From Lama guanicoe (Eukaryota): 64,000 nt of DNA. The position numbers were made by a program, and so were the translations under genes. This document shows positions 52,241-64,000 of the stretch, in pieces. The stretch lies in the NCBI GenBank assembly GCA_013239625.1, contig MU054323.1, positions 14,884,029 to 14,948,028 on the forward strand, read 5' to 3'. The notes beneath the pieces are model-generated. The model worked only from the letters and a program-made list of their open reading frames with translations, ran no database searches and was not told the origin of the DNA. Positions within the stretch are counted from its first letter, which is position 1. Every line of letters begins with the position of its first letter.

Positions 52241-53049
52241 TGTGTGTGTAATATATATATAACACACACACACTCCATTCTAAAGATGTGTCACTCCAGT
52301 ATCACGGCTTGCAGTTTTACAAGAACACTGTGTTATTTAATATGTTAAAAAAAAGAGGTGACATTTATTGAGACCTTACTATTTCTCAATGACTGTGTTA
52401 AGAATGTCTTTAAGCACTGTTTTGCATAAACTCACAGAAACCTGAAGAGACTAGCGATATTTTAAGACCACAGATAATCCCTAAAACATGACTACCTTCT
52501 AAGCAGTTTATTGAATAGAGTTACTGGAAAGCCTGGGAATTGTGGTGGCAAATCTAGAGCATCATCAGAAGAAAGCATGCTTAGGGACTCAAGGAAAAGA
52601 CCAATATGCCAATTCATACAAAAAACTAGGGTTCAGATGCTAGAGAGGTACAGCTTGTTGTGGCTACAACTCTGCATCCTTTTCCATTACAATACTGTAA
52701 ACAAGAAGTAAAAGAATATAGAATAATAAAATCCCAAAATCTCAGTCAAAAGGGACTTCAGGGATCATTCAGTTTAGTATTTCACCCAATGTAAGAATCT
52801 TCTCTGGGAGAAAGAACGAAAGTAGTTTAATGGATGGAATGGAATGATAAAGGTTTAGTTACTAAAATTGTGACCAACTATATAAACAAAGCAACAACCA
52901 AAGAAAGACCAAATAAAACATCAAAGAGAGAATGGGAGAGAGAGTCAGTGAAGATGTTCACTTAAGAAGACTCTTCAAGGAGGAGTTGTGTCCTAGGATG
53001 GTGTCCTTTAAGCCATGGTCCTTCTGATGATCAGATAAATAAAGCAGAT

Positions 53050-53790
53050 AAATAAAGCAGACACGAAAGTGAATGGAGCCCAACACGGTGGGAACAGGCA
53101 TCTAAATCAGGGTGGGAATAAGGGACAGAATCCCAGAAAAGATGTTATAAAAGTTAGTCAGTAGAAGGATAGATAAACATTACTGGCTAAAACAGTCATA
53201 GGGGCAAAAACAAGGAGGCAGAAAGAGCATGAGGTTTAGACTAAAAGTGGCTTCATAAATGTACAGCCCTTGTATAAAAAAACAAACAAGCACAGAGTGC
53301 AGACATGTCATAAAAAGTCTGGCATATTATATATAAATGCTTATATTATATTCTGAAGACAAGGTAGAAATATGGGCAGTGGATTGTATGGAAACTTATT
53401 TTAAGCCAAAGGAACTAGTTTGGGGCTATTTCAGAAATTTAGATGAGAAATGTTGAAAGCCTAAACCAAAGATGGGTGGTGAGATACAGAGAATTATTTA
53501 ATCCACTTAATTGATTGAGTGGCTGATGTAAGAAGATAGAGCTTTCTATCTTGAGCAGCCAGGGATAGGGTAGTGTTTTCATGAATCCCAGGCTCTAATT
53601 CTTTGGGTATCAAGAAAGAGCAAGCACTTAGCAAGGACTTTGTGTGGAGGGATTCAGTATTAGACATGTTGAACTTGAGCAATCCCAACACCATTTATGA
53701 AGAGATGTTCAAAAGTCAATTGAATGAACAGGACTGGATCTCCAAAGAGAGAGCTGGGTCAAGTTCAGTCCACAACATATTACGCAACAT
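53050..53790 (-). mobile_element. L2 fragment
   Basis: ggggctatttcagaaatttagatgagaaatgttgaaagcctaaacc, ttcagtattagacatgttgaacttgag, ggactggatctccaaagagagagctggg. Confidence 0.7.
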
Positions 53791-54125
53791 TCAGTAGAAT
53801 GAACTTTAGTAGAATTAAAAACACTCACTTGCATCTGCACAGCAAAAAAAATGTGATCAAGACTCTCTTTTTAAAAATTCTTAAATGGAAAGCTTTTAAA
53901 TAGTAAATCACATCTTTATTTTCTTTCTTTGAGATATGTACAGAAAACCCATGCCCTGGTTTCCTACATATCATAGTTCTCCATTTATAGCAGATTATGC
54001 TTTCATGTTTTCACTCTGAAGCTATCCTTAGATATATGTAAGGAAATATCTAGGCTATTATTATTAATTTAAAATATCCATTATAAAAATATGTATATAG
54101 AACTGAATACATATTTGTTTCTTAC

Positions 54126-54421
54126 TCTAGGGATCTAAAACTATAGTTTGCTGTTGTTACTGCTGTTTCTGGAAGACTTTAAGATACAAATTCATATATA
54201 AAATTCATAATAACAGCTGTACTACTATTGCACTGGAAACACATTAGGTATAAAATCAGCAAATAAAAGAAACGCTGAGCTTTCAGGTTCACACAGCAAT
54301 ATAGGATGCTCACAGCCAAACTGAACAAGGCTTAGCAAAAGTGATGCGCCTTGCAGTGTGAGTTGAAATTCAACAGGCTGAGGTTTTCATTGAACCGTGA
54401 GAAAACAGAGTACCCAAACTT
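54126..54421 (-). pseudogene. Pseudo-exon, frame ambiguous
   Basis: gttttttag| ... AGA|gtaaga; one frame reads KPQPVEFQLTLQGASLLLSLVQFGCEHPILLCEPESSAFLLFADFIPNVFPVQ**. Confidence 0.55.
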
Positions 54422-54994
54422 CTAAAAAACATGCTTTTTCTTAAGGCACATGTGTTTTTAATCTAAAAACTGTAGCTACCAAACTGTACAATGTGAATTT
54501 AATCAGTGACATATTACTACAAACTAAAAACAATCAATAAATCAAATATACAGATCAAAGCAGAATCTTCAGATTTTAGCAGTCAATATTTATTTAAGTG
54601 TTCAACTTGAAGGTATTCAAAATTGAAATAAAGACAAAGAGCATATAAGACTTTCTTGGGTCTGGCATTAAAATTATACTCCTATACTTTTAACACCAGA
54701 AATCAAATGCCCGTGGACATTAAAAAATGCTCCAGACTATAGACAAACATAAGAATCTAAAAGAAGGAGAATAAGAATTTCTAGTTATGAACTATATGCT
54801 GTAAACAGATTGAGACAGAAGAGAGCTCATGCTTTCATCTTTGTATCCCAGTACGTGGCATCACACATCAAAGGTGGTCTATAAATATCTGATACAGAAT
54901 GAAGAACATCGAAGAAATAAAGAACATTTTTAGTTGTCCATAATACCAAACCAGCAAAATAATAATAACAATGACAAAATAAAATAAGCCATTA

Positions 54995-55535
54995 ATCTGA
55001 TAAGTGTGTCATCAAAACTATAAATGGAGAAACCTCTTCTGCCACAAAATCTTCAAGAAGAGCCTTTCTCCAATGCAGTAGTTTTTACTGTGGGATGCTT
55101 CCCATTTCTTCTCAAAAAGAAAAAAAAGGCATGGAAACTGACAAAATTTGGCTACATCTGTCCATCTTCATCAAGATAGTGTCAACTAAGTAAAGCAATT
55201 AGGTGAAGATCAACTCTCCCTGACTTACTCTTGATTTCAGTGATTTCTAAAACTATTCATTCATTCTAAGAATGGCTTCTCCAAATGAGAAGTGTCAATC
55301 CATCAAATATTATCAAAATAACTGCACTCTCTAGCTAGAATATGTAAGTTTTAGTAGGTAGCATTTTCACTTTGCAAAATCTTCTCAGTCATGAACTTTA
55401 AGGACATTGTTTCAGAAAAATTGAAAAGGCTTTCTGACTCATAAAAGCAGGAAACTAAACGCCTGAAGTGCCCTTCCTAATGTCTAACATACACAGTCTT
55501 TATCCAACAGGCAGACATATTCCCACTTCACTAAT
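54995..55535 (-). pseudogene. Large pseudo-exon adjacent to an L1
   Basis: SACWIKTVYVRH*EGHFRRLVSCFYESESLFNFSETMSLKFMTEKILQSENATY*NLHILARECSYFDNI*WIDTSHLEKPFLE*MNSFRNH* and KLLHWRKALLEDFVAEEVSPFIV; boundaries uncertain. Confidence 0.5.
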
Positions 55536-55554
55536 GATGATTAGGAATATATTT

Positions 55555-56910
55555 TTAGAATAACAAAAACTTTACAAACTGAAATGCAAAGAGAAAAACA
55601 TTTAAGCAGAACAGAACATTCAAGAACTGTGGGATAACTTCAAAGGTGAAACATAGTTGTAAATACCAGAAGGAGAAAGAGAAAACAGAAGAAATGTATC
55701 AAGTGATTATGGGTAAGAATTTTCCAAACCACAGATCCAAACAACAAATACCCACCCCCTCCAATCCACACACATACACAAAAACCACACATGAGCACTT
55801 CATATGCAGAAGAGAAGAAAAATCAAAGACAAAGACAAGGAGAGAATCTTAAAAGAAGACCAAGTGGGAGTGGTAGGAAAAACATCTTGCCTATGGAGGA
55901 AAAAGGATATGAATTACAAATGAACTTCTTGGCAGAAACAATGCAAAAAAAGAAGAGTTGAGTGAAATATTTAAAGTGGAGAAAGAAAAGGAAACACCAA
56001 CCTAGAACTTTATATCCAGTGAAATTTTCCTTCAAAGGTAAAGGAGATAAAGACTTCCCTACCCCCTCCCAAAAAAGAGGACATTTATTGCTATTCCAGC
56101 TACTCCACATGAACTGTCAAAGGAAGGTTTCCAGACTGGAACAATATAGGCTGAATCTTGAATCTACACCAAAAAATGAGGAGCACAGAAAATTTTTAAA
56201 ATAAAGAAAAATGTTAAATATTTTATTGTGAATTGTGCTAAAAGGTAAACTGTCTAAAGTAAAAGTAAAAACCTATACACTCCATGTTTTTAGCATGTGA
56301 AAAAATAGAGTCTTAACACAATAGCACAGAGGATGAAGGAAAGAAATAGAAATAGTGTCATAAGGTCCTTAAACTATACATAATATTGTTCAAGATAAAC
56401 TGGTTAAATATACATACATATTCTTAGGAAAAATTACCAAAATTTTAAAAGTTATAATTAATAATACACAAGATAGAAATTAATAATATAAAATGACCAA
56501 TATACCCCCCACACAAAAAAAAGGAAGGAAAAAGGAACAGAGGGAATAACTAGAAATCAGTTAGCAAAACAGTAGCTCTTATTTATATCAATAATCACTT
56601 GTGTAAATGGTCTAAAAAAGACTAGTTAAAAATAGAGATTACTTCTGAATACAAGAGCAAGAATCAATTACATGCTATCTAGAAGAAATTCACTTTAAAG
56701 ATAAAATAAGTCAAAAATAAAAGGATAGAGAAAAAATATAGTATGCAAATAGTGAACAAAAGAAAAGTGAAATAGGAAATTATTGTCAGATAAAGTAGAG
56801 TTTATAATAAGCCATACTAACAGGACTAAATAGGGACATTACAGAATGATAAAGGGGTCAATTCTCTAAGAAGAAATAACAGTCCTCAATGTGTAAACTT
56901 CCTACAACAG
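55555..56910 (+). mobile_element. Old L1 ORF1 to start of ORF2
   Basis: cagaacattcaagaactgtgggataacttcaaagg, ccaacctagaactttatatccagtgaaattttccttcaaa, aatgataaaggggtcaattct. Confidence 0.85.
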
Positions 56911-57694
56911 ACCTTATAATTACCTCATTTACATGTCTTTCTTTTCTTCCCCCTAATATAGTTTGTGAATTTAATATACTTTACCTTTCCCCCCTCCCTG
57001 TGAAGTACAGCCAATTGCTAGGGATGAAATTTTAAAAATAAAAAGGTATATCTTAAAAATATTAAAAAATGAAAACACGTATTTGTCCCCTGCCCTGATA
57101 GATAATAACCATTCTGATTGTAACAGTGTCTTTTATCTTCAAGAATTCTCAAATGAAATAAAAATAACTATTTTTTAAAGTTTTATGCAAGTTTAACTTA
57201 TTGTAGATTTTTGCACTCTTAGAAAATATTTTCATTTAAACAAGTACAAAGAGAAAAAAGTATTTTGAACACACTAATTGGGAAAATTAAAGTATTACTT
57301 GCAGAATTAAATACTTTTTAAAAGGAGAATATAGTATGTTATCATTTATTATTTGAAATAATGCCATCTAAGAATTTTATCCAATTTTATTCACCTTATA
57401 ATGACTATACAGTAATTATTATGATTCTATAAAAGCTCAGAGGAAATCATTGGAAAATATAAAATACAAAATTTACATTTAGTACTCCACATGTGAAATA
57501 TACAAATGTAAATGAATGGAATACAATGTATTTTTTATTACTATGTTAATGTAGTGGTTTTTTAAAAAAATGTAGTGAACAAATGATTTTTTGATTACAT
57601 AAATATATACAAAACTTAAAAAAAAAAAATTACCTGAAGGGAAAAAAAAGGACAGACTGAAAGGAAGGATACAGAGGTTCTGAGCAAGGCTATT

Positions 57695-58575
57695 AGCCAA
57701 CTAAACCTTCAACTTTGTAGAACACTCCACCCAACAACAGCAGAATCAGAATACACTTTCTTTCAAATGCAAAAGTAGTATTCTCCAAGATAGACCATAT
57801 TATAAGCTGTCATGCAAATCTTAACAAATTTAAAAGAATAGAAGTCCTGTAAAATGGTCTCAGTCTATAATAAAATTAAACCAGAAATAACAGCTGTAAT
57901 ACCCCCAAATATTTAGAAATTAAATAACATACATCTAAACAATTCATTGTTCAAAGAAGAAGTCAAAATAAATTAAAATATTTAGAAATGGATGAAAATT
58001 AAAATACAACATATCCAAATTTGAGGTATGTGGCTAAAGCAGTACAGAGAGAGGAAATTATAGCATTAAGCACTTATATTAGACAATAAGACGGGTCCTA
58101 AATCAATAACTTAAACTTCTCTCTTAAAAAGCCAGAAAAAGTAGAGCAAATTAACATATGAGTTTACATTATATAATCTACATTTTACAGATTGCAGGGT
58201 ATAAGGTCAATAAACAAGCCAGTTATATCCTATATAACCAACAATAAAAATTTGGAATTTGAAATTTTGAAAAGAATGCCACTTTAAAAATAAAAAAATA
58301 ATAGCACCCCAAAAATGAAATACTTAGATATATGTACCTAACAAAACAGATGCAGGATTTATATGATCAACACTACACATCACTAATGAAAGAAACCAAC
58401 ACAGGTCTTAACAAATGAAGAGTTATATTGTGTTCAAGGATTGGAAGACCTAACATTTTTAAAGTGTTAGTTGCCCACAATTTTTTCTATAGATTCAATG
58501 CAATACCAAACAAAGTTCCAGTAAGCTGTTTTCCATACTGACATACTGGTCTTAAAATTTCTACACATAGGTAAA
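57695..58575 (+). mobile_element. L1 ORF2 fragments
   Basis: agaacactccacccaacaacagcagaat, ttctccaagatagaccatat, ggattggaagacc, ctatagattcaatgcaatacc. Confidence 0.85.
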
Positions 58576-59060
58576 CAAATTAGTATCTGTTGTATCATAT
58601 AATTATAGTAGATTTCAAATTAGGTAACTTACTCATTTACTGGTATATTCAAAGGCAAACAGTGGTTAGCTGACCCTGAATGTTAAGCTATGTGTGTTTG
58701 CATGTGTTCCTGTGTATGTGTATGTATTTTTAGATGTACAATTTTTGTAATTTTATAAACCCAATCTTGAAAAAAATAATTTTCCAAATGAAATTTCAGT
58801 GGTGAATTTCAAATGTGATGGCTGATATGATCCTAAAAGTTCAGATGCTACATCAGGGTTTTTTAATGATCAAAATTCCCCAAAATAAATTTCTAGGGTC
58901 AGTAAACATATAAATTAGAGAAGTAACATATCTGAATATTTTATGACATTGGATTGTGTTACAGGAAATGTGGAATATTATTTCTTCATCATTCTGGTAT
59001 TTCTTCTGCATTCTTGCAGTCACCTTAAAGGGGAAGTTTTTTGGGTTTTTTTAATTAATT

Positions 59061-59550
59061 TGTACTATGATTCAATTAGGATTCCTCAATCAGTAAGATC
59101 AGAATACCAAAGGTAGCCTAAAATGAGAGTTTATTGTCTTGGGTAATATTAATTTCAAATGTAAGTAGTTATTTCAAAATTGATTCAGTGGCCCAATGGT
59201 CTTAAAATACTGAGTTACCTGCTTTATGATTCTTTTGACTTTTCTTTTATGATTACATGGATAACTATAGTAATGCCTCCAACAACTGCAATCCAAAGCA
59301 GGAAGAAGGATAAAGATGTAAGCCTGCAATTCTTTATGCCCATCTCTTTTTATTAAGGAGGAAAATCTCTCTCAGGAACTTCACCTCAGGTCTCATTAGT
59401 CATAACAGGTCATTTGCCCTCCTTTAGAACACAGGGGAGAAATGGGATTGTCTAAGGGTTAATGTACCCTGAAAATAGTGTCACTCATACCTCAAAAAAA
59501 AAAATGGGTTCTAAAATAAAAAGATGGTAGGTAACCGGCAGTGATTGTCA
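59061..59550 (-). mobile_element. Old MaLR (MLT1-like) LTR
   Basis: tg...ca bounded; gagtttattg, gtaatgcctccaacaactgc and ggtctcattagtcataacaggtcat are typical of reverse-oriented MLT1. Confidence 0.5.
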
Positions 59551-59829
59551 CATATATTAATTATAATTTTTGTTTTTATATATGTTTCTCCCTCCTGCCA
59601 ATGATGATTCTGTCCTTAAAAATAAATGATGTATGAATATGTATGGATGTGGTTTTATGAATAAGAGACACTGAAGCTATTTTGTCATCATAAAAAAATC
59701 TCTAAATGCTCATTACTATCGAAGCTTTTTGCCAAATAATGCAGACTCCTTTTCTAACTTTATGCAAATACATTAGAGATGAGTTAATAATAATCTGTTT
59801 TCATCTGTAACACTCTTATCCTCTTTTTT

Positions 59830-60226
59830 TGTTAAAAACAAGACAACTGGCTCCAAATGGAGTTGTTTATGCTAAGCCCCATGTCACCAAACTAAGAGGA
59901 GACTTAATTACAGTTTGAACTCTCCCAGAAATGGAATCTTAAACCAGTCAATTGGTAATTAGTGCTAGTGAGGTAATCTGACTGACAGACTGCTGCCATC
60001 CCCTAAAGGAAAGTGACCTTGTCATAACCATTCTACTTTTTGCCTAGTATATCTCCCTTGTTCCTGCTCCCTTCTGTGTATTAAAGTCTTTTTCATAGTA
60101 CACAGTTCCTCAAAGTTCCTTTCTATCTGCAAGATTGGATGCTATAGACACTATTCAATGAATGCTATGAATCACTGAATAAAGCCTTTAAGAGCTTTAA
60201 AATTTGCACAGGTGAATTTTTTAACA
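59830..60226 (+). mobile_element. Solo ERV1-class LTR
   Basis: Termini TGTTAAAAA...TTTTTAACA form a 9-bp inverted repeat; TATA-like tattaaa and AATAAA at 60178-60183. Confidence 0.8.
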
Positions 60227-61489
60227 TGATTCTTCTCTCCCTAGTATTGGCATCCTACTAGACTCCTTTTCAAATTGACTTCTGGCTCTTCATTATGTCA
60301 TTTTTCAGTTTTGCCTACTTTCCTTCTTTTTTCCCCTCTTCCCAGTCCTTCACTTTCTCTTTCCTTATTTTACTTGTTTATAATCAGTAGACATCTAGCC
60401 AAGCACATGACAGGCTTAAAGGAGTGTATCATAAAAGTAGAAGTTTGACTAACACTTACCCCCCTATTTTACTCAATTAAATAAGATCTGAATTATGTCA
60501 GCCCCTCAGGAGGTATCATGATTCAACTGAATCTTCAGAACATATTCTCAGTGTCTGTCATAGCACTTATAATTCTACCATGTGTAATAAAATAAAATAA
60601 AAATATAATAGCATACAGTGAATTTTGAGTTATTATACCAAGCAATTTGTATATATTTTCTTGTTTAATGCCTTCAATGACCACATAAGAAGTTATTCAA
60701 GTAAGACCTTATAACTTGTCCAATATTTCAGTGTATACATGACAGATTTGGAATTAAAACAACAAATACAAAATATGACTTATACAATGTTTATCATTTC
60801 TACTAGATCATAAATTCATTAAGGGCAGATACTGTTACCAGCCATCTTACCGTAATAAATACAGTATCTAACACTGAGATCAATAAATGATTTTGGTGAA
60901 CAAAAAAATTAAGGAGTAAATGAATGAATAATATGAAGAATTTCCTGTTATTCAGAAGAGAAATAGACATATATGTAAACTATAAGATGTGCCCTACAGT
61001 TGCAAAGTCCAAATATAAAGTTATAAATATGAACAGAAGACAGAAATAGTATTAAATTTTTGAAAAATAATGAGCTCATTTTCTTGGAAGAAATTATGCA
61101 AATTAAAAATCTTTAAGCACAAAAGACCCATGGAAGTAATAACCCAGAAAAAAAATCACTGACCTTAGACAAGCCACAAGAAGAGATACTCTCATGGGTT
61201 ATGGACTGACTGTTCTTTAATGAGTAAGCCTGATTAGATGACCTGTGATGCTCTAGCTATGGAGTCTGAAAATTTTTAAGCTAGAAATAACCTGAGGCAA
61301 TTTTGGTCCATTTCTGAAGTAGAAAGTTGTTAATGTCCCCATGGTAGAGGGTGTATTTAAAAAAAAAGATTATCTAATGAAGCAAAACAGGGAATTAATT
61401 AAACAAAAATGATCAAAGTAGATTTTGACTGAGTTCTTGATAATGAAAAGATAGTATGCCATTACTAAAAAGAATAATTATATTGCCTT

Positions 61490-61920
61490 GTATAGCAGAG
61501 AGCAAAGGAGCCTAACATCAGGTACTGTAACATGATACTAAACTTTGGATAATGAGCATAACTTGGTTGTGTCAAACCACCTAGGTAACATTTTAACCTT
61601 TTTTGGTGCATTTTCAAATATTCCTGGACAGGCTAGACAAATATTTTCTATATATACAGTGTTCCTCCAAAACAAAATCAATATATAAATATATTAAAAT
61701 ACAATCTTGTAACTCTCAGTTCAGAATGTGACTCTGAGCCACAATGCATTTCTCTGCTGATGACAAGTTTCATAGAGCATTATTTTAAATATTCAGCAAG
61801 AGTACTGCATTGGACCATTCTAGCTCCTCTGATCCCAACATCTTGTAGATTCTCCTGTAATCCAGCATTTGATATTTGTTCTGATAGGCCCCACTGTGGC
61901 CTCCCACATACTCCTCTTTC
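61490..61920 (-). pseudogene. Probable pseudo-exon
   Basis: aattgattcag|; two frames open for about 45 codons (e.g. KEEYVGGHSGAYQNKYQMLDYRRIYKMLGSEELEWSNAVLLLNI*); 3' end uncertain. Confidence 0.4.
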
Positions 61921-62204
61921 CTGAATCAATTAAATATAAGCTAAGCTCGTTACTAAAGATCACATGACCACACCCAGAGATCAAAGTTTTATGATCTGGG
62001 AGATAAAGGTACTCAATTTTCCTGCTAATGTTCTCTGTATCACACCCTAACTCACAGAGAATTATGCTTACTGCATCAACATTTAAGTACCATTTTTAAA
62101 GAAATTAAAGACAAAATTAATTTAAGAAGTTAATAATGTGTTGGGAAAACTAGCACACTTAAAACAATATCAAGCATCACAATGTCCCTCTCCTTGAGGC
62201 AGGT

Positions 62205-62500
62205 TGCTGTTAGCAGAGTTGAATGAGCATGGGTCAAGATTCCAAGTTAAACTCTGCCAGTTACTAACTTTATGACCTTGGGCAAAACCCTCAACTTATC
62301 TGAGTTTCAGCCTCCTTGGTTTAAAAATGAAGATCATAATGTAGATGGTGTTTCCAGTGGCTGTGTTATTCTTGGTTGTACAGCATCCAAGATTGGTCCC
62401 CTCATTCTTCTGGAAATCCTTCAGGTTAATTTGGGTATAAATTACAATGATAGTAAGAATAGAAAAATAGAGGAAATATGCGTATGAAAGGTTTTTTGAA
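62205..62500 (+). mobile_element. MIR (interrupted)
   Basis: ctctgccagttactaactttatgaccttgggcaaaaccctcaacttatctgagtttcagcctcc. Confidence 0.75.
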
Positions 62501-62547
62501 GGAAAAGTGACAGGGCATGATGGCTAATTAAAAAGAGAATGAGGATC

Positions 62548-63139
62548 CCAATGTTCATAACAGCACTACTTACAATAGTCAGACATGTAAACAACCTAAA
62601 TGCTCATTAAGAGATGACTGGATAAAGAAGTTGTGGTATATTTATACAATGGAATACTACTCAGCCATAAAAAATAATAAAATAATGCCTTTTGCAGCAA
62701 TATGGACGGACCTAGAGATTATCATTCTAGGTGAAGTAAGCCAGAAAGAGAGAGAAAAGTACCATATGATATCACTTTTATGTGGAATCTAAAAAAAAAA
62801 GAAATGTGAACTTATTCACAAAACAGAAACAGTCTCACAGACGTAGAAAACAAATTTATGGTTACTGGGGGGTGGGGGGTGGGGGAGGGGGTGGGAAGGG
62901 ATAAATTGGGAGTTCGAGATTTGCAGATACTAACTACTATATCCAAAATAGATAAACAACAAGTTTATACTGTATAGCATAGGGCACTATATTCAATATC
63001 TTATAGTAACCTATAATGAAAAAGAGTATGAAAATGAACATATGTATGTATATGTATGACTGAACTATTATGCTGTACACCAGAAACTGACATAACATTG
63101 TAAACTGACTATACTTCAATTAAAAAAAGAGAGAGAGAG
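62548..63139 (+). mobile_element. 5'-truncated young L1 3' end with TSD
   Basis: ccaatgttcataacagcactact...tgtatagcatagggcactatattcaatatc...gtaaactgactatacttcaat; TSD agagaatg(a/g)ggatc at 62534-62547 and 63140-63153. Confidence 0.9.
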
Positions 63140-64000
63140 AGAGAATGGGGATCAATGAAAGAAATCAGCTTGAAATTACTACACTAAGTCTAGGAGAATG
63201 GCGTCTCATTGACAAAAGCAAAACACTTGTAATATAAAGGATGGCAAATGAGGATTCAGGAAAGAAAAAGACATGCTCTAATATGAGTCTGTTCAATTTG
63301 GATAGGTTTAATTTAAAATATAACATGAAAGTTTAGGAAACCATTTACTAAAAGGAGTTAAATCTATGCATAGCCATTTCTTTCAGATGAAGCAACATCA
63401 TAGTAAGAATAGACACAATATAACTACTCCTCCTGTAAGTGAAATCAATAGTATGTAATTTCCACCTATACCATAACATATCCTGACTTAAGGAAGTTCT
63501 TCTTTTTTCAATTGACAATAATTGTCCTCAATTCAATTTTGGAAACACAATGCATTGATTAAAGCAGCAAGAGCATAAATATTGTTAAAATACATAAGAC
63601 ACCTCTGGTTTATTTTTGTGAAGTGTTTTTGTTTCATGGTGGCATATGGAAATAAAAATATACATTATCACTACTGAATCTGAATGCAACATATTGAATC
63701 ATTAGAGTTTTGTGCCATTAAATTTAATGTAGGTTGTGGTGCAAGGACATGATATGTAATATTTAAGTCATGATATGCAAGGGAGAAAAAGATTTAAGAC
63801 ACTACTATCTTCTGCCAACTAAAAGTATTTCTGCATCCTTTGTTGACATTCAAATTCAAGTAGGGGCCAAATAAAAATTACTCTTTGATCAGTCACCGGG
63901 GAACTCATTTTTACCCATAATTAGGTATTGGAATATTATAAAACTAGAATTTGAGAAATTTCAATACTGCTGCTAATCAACATGCTGAATTCATATTGAT

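Larger units (their letters stand above)
4171..61920 (-). pseudogene. Large multi-exon decayed (unprocessed, probably unitary) pseudogene of an unidentified large protein; likely extends beyond both ends of the window
   Basis: About 25 non-repeat blocks on the minus strand, most bounded by AG acceptor and GT donor sites. Intron phases are consistent in chains (39778->37341 and 18594->13775). Translations are protein-like with scattered stops and frameshifts; exons 8055-8269, 17253-17331 and 37662-37885 are still fully open. Confidence 0.75.

Noticed and set aside
4171..61920. Naming the pseudogene as a known gene (EYS, vitellogenin, IQCH, GREB1-like, RGS22-like, alpha-kinase considered)
   Set aside because: Only faint, isolated resemblances. 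No diagnostic EGF/LamG, vitellogenin, RGS or kinase motifs appear across exons, so no symbol is assigned.

Overview
AT-rich mammalian genomic DNA, very probably from a camelid (it carries a Vic-1-type tRNA-derived SINE). More than half of the window is interspersed repeats: old and younger L1, L2, MIR, ERVL internal fragments, solo LTRs, and hAT-Charlie and TcMar DNA transposons. I find no intact protein-coding gene, and the supplied short ORFs are mostly repeat-derived or fragments of dead exons. The main finding is a large, heavily decayed, intron-containing pseudogene on the minus strand, lying in the unique sequence between the repeats. It has about 25 exon-like blocks from about 4.2 kb to about 62 kb and probably extends past both window ends. 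Most blocks have AG/GT splice signals, neighbouring blocks usually have matching intron phases, and the translations look like protein broken by stops (largely one C>T step from CGA/CAA/CAG) and some frameshifts. I do not recognise the protein family, so no gene symbol is given. Exon frames were chosen by hand and some are ambiguous. Repeat subfamily names come from recalled consensus similarity, not from a RepeatMasker run.
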